DNA of 64,000 nucleotides, counting the filler, from Dirinaria sp. TL-2023a (taxonomy: Eukaryota): assembly GCA_051941275.1 (NCBI GenBank). It is 4 parts of 4 records of this genome, joined end to end, with 100 filler letters (N's around TTAATTAATTAA, not from the genome) between each part and the next. Parts side by side here need not be neighbours in the genome. Positions count along the whole stretch, not along the records: positions 50,335 to 64,000 come from JAVEBF010000665.1; 3 more parts are not named here. One strand, written 5' to 3'. The translations under genes were made by a program, and so were the position numbers. The notes under the pieces were generated by a model. It was given only the letters and a program-made list of their open reading frames with translations, made no database searches and was not told where the DNA came from. Below are positions 53,701-64,000 of this stretch, piece by piece; within the stretch, counting starts at the first letter, position 1; each line of letters opens with the position of its first letter.

Positions 53701-54380
53701 ATAGAGTCTTGTAGCGCGTGTAATGTTTCCTCGTCATTGTCGGGACTGAGGATGACTGCAATGTGGCCAAGCGCGACCATTGTGTTAGCCCTCACTTGGC
53801 TCTCGGGGTCGTTGATCGTCGTCGCGAACAAAGGGAGTATTTTCTTCATCTGGTGCAACATCGTCTCTCCGGCTGATTCTATGGTGGAGCAGAGAATGTG
53901 AGTGCTCACTTCGCGCGCCTGAGGGCTTTCGCTCACTCCCGCTTGAAGCAGCGTATCGATCAAATCTTGCCATTCTGTGTTCTCGAAATCGATCTTTGCT
54001 ATAGCGGCAATGACCCGCGATGCGCCGTGCCTCACCAACTTTTCCTGCTCAAAAAGAGTGCGCTGGAGCAGGCGTCCACGGATCTGCGGTTTCTGACTCT
54101 GAGGAACCGAATTCCAGTGCTTTGGGACCAGATTCTTGGCTTGAGTAGCTGCTAGCTGCCTCAGAGAGGCTTCCTCGTCAGAGACAAGCAGCTCGATGAG
54201 AATGAGCAGAGAGTCGGGAAAGGGGTAGAAGTCTCTCTTCAGTTTGACTGTCGCAACCTTGACGCGCTCAGTATCAGCTGCAACTCGGTTAGAAGAATAC
54301 TTTGATGCGATGAAACCAAGCCTGAGGTGCTTACAGGCAAGAGCCTCCTTGAAGGTAGCATAGAAGCTACTTGTATCCAT
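50702..54380 (-). CDS. KAP123: Importin beta-4 / karyopherin Kap123 (HEAT repeats; three introns)
   Basis: DTERVKVAT, LRQLAA, RSALGLL.LAEKLPPSQVVVPL, CVEGAPGF, VTAVAQEKEIAVE, DNAAGCVSRMI, LPLKEDFQENEP. Confidence 0.9.
51817..51910 (-). ncRNA. Intronic box C/D snoRNA, snR71-like (predicted guide for 25S rRNA Am2946, yeast numbering)
   Basis: Inside the 205-nt KAP123 intron (51744-51948): box C ATGATGA (51905-51899), guide TAATCCCAGCTCAC complementary to conserved LSU rRNA GUGAGCUGGGUUUA, D' CAGA (51871-51868), box D CTGA (51824-51821). Confidence 0.8.
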
Positions 54381-54924
54381 GGCGGTCGATCTGCTAGCCA
54401 CGCACAAGGGGAAGGTAGGAGTTTTGTGAGAGTGTAGCTCACCAAGCAGCAGAAAGACGCGATCTTAAAATCCATGATAGTATCGAGAGTGTTATCGTGG
54501 TTTATCGTAGTGCTCCGATGTTCTACCGGCTGTCACGTGCGATAAGAGCTTACCTCGGTATTGCGCTGCAGCCGAGGCAGTAATAGTTAAAGAGAGGAAC
54601 ACTTAAGGTACAGTACAATAATGAACAAGAAACTACCTTCAGCTAGCCAATAGCTCGGGTAGGATTTTTGCTGGGTTGGAAGCCACGAGACAGCGATTCT
54701 TACCAGTGAAAATACTCGCAAGACTTATATTCTCAAACCTCGAACAAAGTCAGATGGGATATGAGACTCACATCATAAGGATGGATGGCCAAGTAGCTAG
54801 CCATTTCTTCTGTGCAAATGCAAACCTTGCCAAAAGTATGGGTATCACGTATGGGTATCTTCATTTGCTCCCAGCAATAACGCCGTACTACCCCTCGAAG
54901 GTTGGGGGTCTTTGGCCACCAATC

Positions 54925-57463
54925 CTACTCTTTTGTCCTATCTTCTCCTGGCTGATAACCTTCTTCACCACTGGCAGGACTTGTACCTAATCCCTCATCT
55001 AGGAGCCCCGTCGCCGGCTTTGACAGTTGACTCCCTCTGTTCATCATCTCCCGTTCACCTGCCAGACCTTTCTGTAACCTCGCTGGCGTTCCTCGCCCAC
55101 TAGAGCTCCTGGGGCTCGGTTTCCCCTTCAGCAGCAATGGTGGTGTTTGTGGAGAAGAAGTTGTCCTCAGTGTGGGTGGACGGGAATGTCGCGATGATCT
55201 CTCCCAAGCACGCGTTTCGTACCCTTCGTCATAGCGTAATGGAGAATCATACCTATTGACTCCCTGTATCGCCGGACTGCCACTCTCATGTCCTCTACCG
55301 TCGCCATATGCCTCATCTCCATGCCAGGTCACACCTGTCTGATTTTGATACTGGTAGTCTTCCCCGCGGCGCTTGACTGGACTTTCGTCATACGGATCAA
55401 ACCCCACCCGTCTCCTTGCCTCTTGCCTTACGCGTTTACGTTCCTCACCATCCGCACCCGTAGACGCCGATTCGGACAGGAAGAAGGTTAGAAGCTCGTC
55501 GGGAATAGAGAGGTGTGGGGCTTGTTGAAACTGTTGCAGAGAGAGGAGGCGTAAAAGTACCTCGAGTAAGGAGAGGGATGTGCGTATCGACGGCAACGAT
55601 AATTGCGCATCGCTCTTCTCCATTACTGGACTCGAGGCCGGCTCTTGAGAATGCGTGGGCGAATTTAGGTGTAAGCGGGAAAGAGCGGCAGTAGGGGATT
55701 GAAGGGAAGGGGAGCGGGAGGCAGATTTGCAAGCTGGTGTGACGGAGGTTTCAGACTCATTGTCTGAATCCTGTCTTTCTGTATAGACCTCAAAGGCCAT
55801 CCATTCGGGGTCAAGGTTGGGTGGAAGACGCCAAGCGTTTAGGGTCGGTACAAGAGCACCGGCCCGGACGAGTGGATCGTCTGGCCTCGCTGAGCATTTC
55901 CTGTGCTCGAAGAGCAGGGCTTCAGATGAGCCTTCTACCTTGCTTTCGCTGCCATCATGCGGTAACGGCCGTTCAGGTCCGTATATGTTGTCCGCCACAT
56001 AATTCTGAGCCTCATTGTCGTTCGAGCGCTCCATCATGCGCCTCGGTGGGATTGCGTTGACATCTCGCTTCAGTAGAAGAATGGGGCTATTGGCCTCTCC
56101 TTCACTGCCGATATTCAAGATTTTTCCGGTATCTGCGTAGAAAATTTTGGACAGCTCATGGATCGGTACGACTTCTCTAATTCCGGCCAACTCAACATCC
56201 TCGCAAGAATCAGGTTGTTCCTCATCGTCTCCGAAAGAGTGAACTCGATCATCATCCAGGTCCTCGATGATGCGCACTTGGTAGGCATACTCATCGGCTT
56301 TGCCTCGGCCTTCTAATTGGGGAGGAAAGTAGCCACTGCCACTCTCTTCCGAAGTCGGTTGATAGCCGCTTTTGTGTGCCTTTCCCTCAGTACTCTGATC
56401 GTTTCCTGGAAGATCGTACACCGAGTCAAGAGGAACGCGCATTAATTTTACATTTGCTTTGTGAATTACTTCTTTCCAAGTATTCTCACGGATGTCCTCC
56501 TCGGTCTGAGGTCGAACATGTCCGACAAAAAGCATATACAGTGACAGCGTAAAGGTGGGTCCGATCTGTGTTGGCCGAAAAGGCGCTGCAGTATACTGCG
56601 AGTCACCAGCTGTTAAGAACGTGCTGGCTTGCAGCAGCCTTGATGGAGACACTGTAGATGGTAAGGTGGAGGATAGGCTAGCACCCGAAGCGGTAATTGC
56701 TAAATTGATGAGCGGAACAGCGTCCTCTATGCGTGCTAGAAGTTTTCGAATCGCCGAGATGATCTGCTTTATCTCTATTTGGAGCTGTGACCGATCTTTT
56801 GACTTTGAAGCCTTGCGGTGGATGAGCTCTTCAGAGTCCGCCGCGGCCGTGAAGCGTTGGCCGAGGTTTTGGATTTCCCATCGAAGAGACTTTGTCAACG
56901 ATACAGCAGATTCAAGCGAGGTATTTCCTCGCGCAGAGCTAATGTATGAATCAGAAGCCATTCAACAAATATCCTACATCCACGCACGTACATCAACTCT
57001 ATCATATCAATTGCAGGAGATATGATCTGTCACCCAAGTAGTCAGAAAGCAGAATTACAAAGGTAAGATGTCAAGTGGATGAAGTGAGAAAAGAGATTGA
57101 TGTATGCTTGTGGACCAAGCACCATCGGACTGTCAGGACTTGGCTTTTGGAGCAATGATCACTCCTGGCGCCTGGTGAACGGACCCTTATCTTACTGTTC
57201 AGGCGTTCTTGAAGGTCTTGGAGCTCCTCCTTTTCAGTTCCCTCCACGGTCTACTGCTATCAGTTAAGGTCCCGTTCTGGCACACATCTTGTTTGGCTTG
57301 TACCTTGAGTAATCTGGTCGATTGGCGAATAGCATAGCCTGCAGTGATGGTGATGCCGGATCTGGAATCTGTGAGCGAAGGCTAGAAAACAGTGAGTCGG
57401 CCTTGTTGACCTGATGGCATAGTTCATCGCCTGCTGAGTGACTTTTCCCAGAAATATGTCCAT
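54925..57463 (-). CDS. YRB30: RanGTP-binding protein Yrb30 family (four short 5' exons plus a long last exon)
   Basis: MDIFLGKVTQQAMNYAIR|SGI, KIR|IISPAIDMIEL, ARGNTSLES, RIEDAVPLINLAIT.SGASLS, SPSRLLQAS, WKEVIHKA, KIFYADTGKILNI. Confidence 0.88.
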
Positions 57464-58975
57464 TGTCTCTGCCCGCTTCTAATCTTCAGAATCTACGGAA
57501 GGTCAAGTCGAAACTGGACGCCATTCCAATTGTGAAGTCCAACTTTTTCATTAAATGGAGACTCCCTTTGGGGTCATATTTTGAATGCAAGTAAGAGATA
57601 AAAGCTATGCTTTGGCAAATACTTCATCGTGTGATGGTGGGAAATGTTAAGCAAACACAGAGGGTTATGTGCAGATTCAACGCGCTGTGATTGGTACTGT
57701 GGTGACCAGCTTAGTCAGCCGACTATCTTAGCGTTCCCCAATCCAATAATCGGCGCCCACACCTCAAAACCGTTCTCTGAGGTACTCTATGATATCTTGT
57801 GTCTATAGAGTGAGCTTGGTAATCGCAACAAGATCAGAGCTGGTGCATTTTTCAGTCGAAGCAGGCTACACCGTCCATGCGAACGGTGATCTAACAGGCA
57901 ATAATTCAGCCAATATCGAAATGACTCATTATCAACAATAACTACTTACTGGATTATTACTAGATTTCAGAGATTTTTAGCAGAATTGCAACTACGCTGA
58001 TAGTGACAGTCGGATTTGCTAGTCTTCCAAACTAAGTCCGCGCTCATTACTACGATGAAGTAAAGACCGAGGCACGCATACCATTAATGCCTTCAAGACT
58101 TGGTAGCAGGGAAATCCTGATGTTAGCGACCTCATTCCCCGCAAGCTCAGACCTGCAATCGCACTCATCGAGAACCGCTCTGTATATGTCACAATCGAGG
58201 CTTGGACGCTTCAATACCAATTCTAGTCCCGTTATTGAAGACGCAATAATCCTGGACTACGACACAAGAACCGCCCAATAACGACTCAAAAGTCCCGAAC
58301 CTCTCCACATTGTGGCCGGCCATTATTTACTTATAGTTGGAAAGCACGTAGGAATGTGTTACCTTTGGCCAAAGCTCAAAAGATCGGCTTGCAAAGGCTA
58401 GATGTTAAAAAGAGGGTTGATGGGTCAGAGAGAGCTGGGGAATGCGAAAAAAAAAGGCGTTCCAATCTGAAGGTAGGCTTTTCTGAGCTAAGTCGGCTTT
58501 TCTAGAAGATTTAATGAGCAGAATGGAAATAATCATGGCCAATCTGGTGGTCGACCTCGCCAAATATGCAGCGAGGGGTCTGAACCAGAATAACTTATGT
58601 GATTACCATTCTACCCTCGCTTTACAACAATTTGAAATAGCTTTATCAAAAAAGGAGCTAGGAAAGACCGATATCTCTACGAAGTACAGAGACATGTTGA
58701 AAATTGTCTAGAGTAAGTCTCAGTGAACTATGAAGATTCAAATAGCTACTCCTCATCGTTGGAGTCCTGATACTTCAAATTTCGAGACCTTTTCCTTTTC
58801 CCATACGGCAAGTCAGTAGGGGAAATGGCAGAAGCACGGCGCACAGAATTAGCTGAGGTTTGGGACCGTTCACTACGTTGCATCATCATGAAGAAAGAAT
58901 TGTTTCTTTTCTGGGGTTCTGAGGTTAAGTGCGCTGTGAGAGACAACTTGCTTTCATTCATTCTTAAGAAAACAT

Positions 58976-59446
58976 TTAATTAGTCGCTGTAGCATAACCT
59001 GAATCCCTTCTCTCAATCGACGCTTGAGCTCGTCTAGCAATTCTTGCCTCCCTCTCTGTTGCCTCGACCCGCCTACACTCAGCGCATCTCACACTCCACC
59101 AATCCTGCTGAAGCAATTTGCCCTCGTTACCACACCGCTCGCAAATCGTTTCGCTCGATACCTCTGCTCGTATAATACATTTGAGCATTTCATCCGTACA
59201 ACCAGACATGTAGACCCTCAATAGCCCGAATTTCTCCTTAACCTGCGAGAAACAGTACTCATCGGGATTGAGCTTTCGAGTCTCGATGATGAGTTGGATG
59301 TGTTTACAAAGGGCATAATAGAGTTTGTACCACCCGTCGTCAATGGCGATGCCATCGCACATACGACTCTCGGAAGAGGGAAGGGTATGCTCCTGGTGGA
59401 GGGCTGGAAATTGGGTATAGAGCGTTTGCTGGAGTTCGGGTGTCAT
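58976..59446 (-). CDS. Intronless hypothetical protein of the 'GW...QxKEKFGxLRxY...CExCG...C' family (putative Zn-ribbon)
   Basis: MTPELQQTLYTQFPAL...IDDGWYKLYYALC...FSQVKEKFGLLRVY...AEVSSETICERCGNEG...WWSVRCAEC; likely ATG at 59446. Confidence 0.7.
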   Translation of the reverse strand: MTPELQQTLYTQFPALHQEHTLPSSESRMCDGIAIDDGWYKLYYALCKHIQLIIETRKLNPDEYCFSQVKEKFGLLRVYMSGCTDEMLKCIIRAEVSSETICERCGNEGKLLQQDWWSVRCAECRRVEATEREARIARRAQASIERRDSGYATATN

Positions 59447-60263
59447 AGAGGATATTCCTATCTGCTTGAGGTCTGTTAACAAAGGTGACAAAATGTACGC
59501 AACTCCAAGATTAACTACCAACTTAGACTAAATGACTATATGGGCGCTCAGCATTCGACATACATCTACATACTTAGCTTCTTGATTCGGTCTAGAATGC
59601 TATTGACGACAGTTGGAAGTTGAGAAGTTGATGTGCAAAGGTAAGTCACGCGGCTGAGAAAAGATCTTCGTGAGGGATTTTCTGAGCATCACATGATTTA
59701 AGCATGCAGAAGGTGGCTTTAAGTGAATAGGAGCACATAATGGATAAGGCATCGCTTATCTAGGCGTTGGCATCAGCGAAATGATCTATGCCAGTTGCCT
59801 AAGGCTTTTTTCTGTTTTCTCGCCACGGAAACCTGGAGTAGCATACGCAGTCTCAACGCAGATTATCTACACAGAAGTAATCTTATTTCCATGAAGCTCT
59901 TAATGTGATCAAACATGCCGCTGACTGACTTTTCTGCACAAAATGCTTTGACTGGGCCATCAAGGAGAGACTGTCTTGACTGAGCCAATGAATGCATGAC
60001 TGCTGTACTGAGTATCTATGACTGGCATAAGATGTTTCAACGAAGATGCCAAGTCCCTGACAATACGCTAAGCCACAAAAAGGACTAGCGTACAGACTGA
60101 TGTTCAACATCCAGTTTCCGAGTCAAGTAGTTTGTGGCGCTGGCTTGATCATTTCGATAATTACTGTACACCAGTACAGGCTTATGTAGATAGCCGTAAA
60201 GTGCACAGGACGTCAAAAGTACTCACTCTCGAAAGACATCTCCATCTCTAAACACAATACAAA

Positions 60264-62684
60264 ATGTCTGGCCTTGACTCTTGGGAAGACGACCCTGCTG
60301 CTCAAGATGACAATCTTTCTCGTCAGGCTCAACAGAATTTGAATATTGGGGCATCCAATGGTAGGGCGACTAATTTTATGCCGACCGCAACTTCTTTCCA
60401 ACCAGGCGCACAGTCATTTCAACCAGGCCAGCAGTATCAGCAGTATGGTCAATACAATCAACAACCTTCGCAATATGGTCAGTACTACGGGCAACAGCAA
60501 CAGTATGGAGGAGGTTACCCTCAGTACGGGCAACAAGATTATGGACAGTATAACCAAGGCTATCAACAGAACGGCTACCGATCCAGTTACGGTCAACCAC
60601 AGCAACAACAGAGCTATCAGCAGTCTTCTTCCCAACAGCCATTGCCCGGACGAACCCCGATCATCGCCAAAAGGCCAACTGGCGGTGACTCTGCCGCTCC
60701 TGCCGCTGCACCTAAACCCACAGAGCAAGCGAATACATCAACACCGCCAGTCGTGAAAACACTCTCAGTGGGCACGGAGTCTGTTGCGCCTGCTGCCCCC
60801 AAGACCAAGGTCCTGTCAATTGGCAGCGATGACACTGGTGCTACTCCACCACCGAAGCCCGTCCCTTCAGCAGAGGATGGCACGAAGGTCACAGCTGCCA
60901 AAGCGATTGAAAAGACGGATAAATCAGCTGCGTCACCAGCCACAAAGACATCTCCATCGCCTTCAACAGGGAAATCGAGCCCGACTCCAGCTGAGAACAG
61001 AGCAGCGCAGCGGGAGGCTGATGCGGTTGCCAAGGAGCAAGCGGCTGATGTTGACGAAGAGATTCTGGAGGAGATCTACGGGAAAGAGCACGTAAACATT
61101 ATATTCATCGGACATGTGGATGCTGGCAAATCTACATTAGGCGGTAGCATTCTGTACGCTACGGGCATGGTAGATGAAAGAACAATGGACAAATACAAGA
61201 GAGAAGCAAAAGAGGCTGGTCGAGAGACATGGTACCTTTCATGGGCGCTTGATCTGACCAAGGAGGAACGATCGAAGGGCAAGACTGTCGAGGTTGGACG
61301 GGGATTTTTTGAGACCGAAAAACGGCGCTACAGCATCCTTGATGCGCCTGGGCACAAGACGTTTGTCCCGAGCATGATCGGTGGGGCTTCACAAGCAGAC
61401 ATTGGAATCTTGGTCATCTCGGCACGCAAAGGCGAGTATGAGACTGGATTTGAAAAAGGCGGCCAAACAAGAGAGCACGCCATCCTCGCCAAAACGCAAG
61501 GGGTCAACAAGCTTGTAATGGTTATCAACAAGATGGATGACCTGACCGTTGAGTGGAGCGAGGCCCGCTACAAAGAATGCTCTGAAAAGCTCATGACTTT
61601 CCTCAAAAGTGTCGGCTATAGCAAGAATGATGTCATGATCATGCCAATTTCAGCCCAAACGACTGTAGGTATCAAGGACCGTGTTCCGGAAAAGCTCGCG
61701 CCATGGTACAAAGGCCCTTCATTACTGGAGTATCTCGATAACCTGAAGTCGTTAGAGCGGAAAGTCAATGCTCCCTTCATGATGCCCATCAGCGGCAAGT
61801 ACCGGGATATGGGTACCATGATCGAAGGCAAGATTGAAGCAGGCGTAGTCAAAAAGACCAACAATTATATTCTAATGCCGAATCGAGACGAGGTCTCGAT
61901 ATCTGCTTTGTACGGAGAGACTGAGGAAGAAGTGCCCCAGTGCTCTAGTGGTGACCAGGTACGAATGAGATTACGGGGCATCGAAGAAGAGGATATTCTA
62001 CCTGGTGAGCAGTCCCGCACGATCCGAATCTTAAGATATCCAAGGTCTGACCTAGCATAGGTTTTGTCATGTGTTCGCCCAAACGTCCGGTACATTGCGT
62101 AAAAGCATTTGAAGCGCAGATCATGCTCCTGGAACTGCAAAGTGTTCTCAGCGCTGGCTTTAATTGTGTGCTACAGTAAGCGTCAACCGTTGCGCTCTAA
62201 GACAGACAAGTCTCTAACGCGGCCTTTAGCGTACATTCGGCGATTGAAGAGGTCACCTTCGCAGCATTACTACATAAGCTCGAGAAAGGAACGGGAAGGA
62301 AGTCTAAAAAACCACCGCCATTCGCTAGGCAAGGAATGAGCATCATCGCAAGACTCGAAGTGACCTCTGGCGCAGGTTCCGTTTGTGTCGGTATGTTATC
62401 CTGATTAATCCCAGCGCAGGACTCCTCACGCTCCGGATGAGCAGCTCGCTATCAATGGGCGACTTAACACTCAAGTAAAATTCGTGTAATTTAGACACTT
62501 ACTAACAATCACCAGAAACATATGCCGATTATCAACAAATGGGGCGATTTACCCTTCGAGACAAGGTAACCCATGATCCTGAAATCCCCATTTTATATCA
62601 TCAATGCGCTAATACGCGGGCGCGCAGGGTATCACAATAGCAATCGGTAAAATCACAAAACTGATCACCGACCCCACGACCTAG
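60264..62684 (+). CDS. SUP35: Translation release factor eRF3 (Sup35) with a Q/Y/G-rich prion-like N domain; four introns in the 3' part
   Basis: DSWEDD N-terminus, KEHVNIIFIGHVDAGKSTLGG, LDAPGHK, NKMDD, GRFTLRD, TIAIGKITKL. Confidence 0.96.
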
Positions 62685-63682
62685 ATTCGGGCGCCGTCCA
62701 AGCCAAAAACGCAACCAAATCCTTGCGGAAAAGCTTGAAGAGCCGCCACATAGATGTACCTGCCTGCAACCGACATTTGTCTTCATTTGATAGTATTGGC
62801 GGCTTCTGACCGGGGGGTGGTGCACAGCGATGGCAGGGACCTACTTATGGATGGCAGATCATTTGCATTAAGGTGGTTATCGGCTCCGCTATCATATGCC
62901 TCTCTCTCTCTATCACCTACCTTACCTCGTCAAGCTAGATCGATCCTTCCCTTCCCTGCGGTTTTGTTTCTATGTAGAAGCATGCGGCGATTGTTTCATG
63001 GCAAGGTAAAGAAGTAGGTAAGGTGGAGCATCTTCGATATAGAAAACCTTTGCAGAAACACGAAATCGGAGTAATTTGTGTCACTGAAACTGAACTCTTA
63101 CGATCTCTTCTACCTCTCGCTAGTACTGAGAATCGATCCTGACCCCCCTGCCCCCGGGGATTTGATAAAGTATAGGGTAAGGTAAGGTGGGCAGGCAGGT
63201 AGGACAAGCATCTCTGCATTACTATGTATACAGCCCTGTAATCGCTGTGTTCCCTATTCTTTTCTGTGTGGTTCTACGTTGAGGGGGAGTTGATTTTCTT
63301 CAAACCTCTAAAGATTCAAACCTCCAGACTTTTTTTTGGTCCTCGGATCATAATAGTGTACTCGTACATGTAATAACAAGTCTACCAGGTGGTTCCTGAA
63401 AATCCAATTCAAACTCCCGAACCAGAGAGCCGCATACATTACCACCACTATCCATCTGTCTCTGCTGGAGTTTGCTCACGATTACGGAATTTAGAAGGAA
63501 AAGCTGCAGGCAGAGACCGAACTAACATTGCGCTATACCAGACAAACGCTGAATAGTTGCCACGTTGACTGGCCCTATATTGGTTGGGGGGAGGGGGGGG
63601 AACAAGAGGCAGATTATCACCCCATCACTCTTTCCCCCCCAAAACACAACCACCTACCCATACCCAGCAAGATACGCATAAC

Positions 63683-64000
63683 TCATCGCCATGACCGGGT
63701 ACTCCTTGGCCTGAAAACACAAATCCCTCTCCGCGGTAATACTCGATAATGGAACGGCATCCCGTTACAATGCGGGTCCGCATAAAAAACCACCAGCCAT
63801 TCATCATCCTTCGTATGATCCCAGTTGATCCCGAATCCCGGCAGGGTCGGGTTGAAGGGGGTGCACTTCTCCATATCGATCTGGATCTCGGCGCCGACGA
63901 TGCCGCTGGTGCAGGTCGGGGTGTCGTAGATTTTTAGGAGGGGTAGCTGGGGGTCCTTTTTGTTGTAGTAGGTTTTGTTTCTGGGGGTTAGGGTGGTTGG
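63683..64000 (-). CDS. 3' part of a small Cys-containing, possibly secreted protein; start lies beyond the window
   Basis: Frame open from the window end: PTTLTPRNKTYYNKKDPQLPLLKIYDTPTCTSG...KCTPFNP...FGINWD...VFYADPHC...GICVF. Signal peptide not visible. Confidence 0.45.
   Translation of the reverse strand, partial: PTTLTPRNKTYYNKKDPQLPLLKIYDTPTCTSGIVGAEIQIDMEKCTPFNPTLPGFGINWDHTKDDEWLVVFYADPHCNGMPFHYRVLPRRGICVFRPRSTRSWR

Noticed and set aside
57027..57184. 158-nt YRB30 intron with GTGATCA and two CTGA words, a possible second snoRNA
   Set aside because: The C box is non-canonical and I found no exact rRNA-complementary guide; the last CTGA overlaps the likely branch site.

Overview
Eukaryotic DNA from a filamentous ascomycete (Pezizomycotina; short GT-AG introns with CTRAY branch sites). 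The window is four separate contigs joined by three artificial 100-nt N/TTAATTAATTAA/N spacers (16706-16805, 33487-33586, 50235-50334), so adjacency across the gaps means nothing. Contig 1 (1-16705) is accessory and decaying. It holds two F-box-like genes, an internally deleted patatin-like (PLP) pseudogene, and a ~6.4 kb hypermutated block containing an unknown pseudogene and a SesB-hydrolase/NB-ARC/TPR NLR pseudogene. The traceable mutations in that block are overwhelmingly CpC->TpC (GG->GA), not the canonical CpA->TpA of RIP. Contig 2 is core genome (YTM1, SWS2, cyclophilin B with a predicted second membrane-anchored splice form, DED1, IES1, INSIG, ADE16/17), preceded by a MITE-like foldback element. 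Contig 3 holds a PD-(D/E)XK nuclease-like gene, ~5 kb with no assignable gene, a Leu3/LeuB-like Zn2Cys6 factor, an MFS transporter and an O-methyltransferase. Contig 4 holds KAP123 (with an intronic box C/D snoRNA), YRB30, an intronless gene resembling a prokaryote/phage family, SUP35 and the end of a small Cys-containing protein gene. All calls are by eye; no database search or composition statistic was run.
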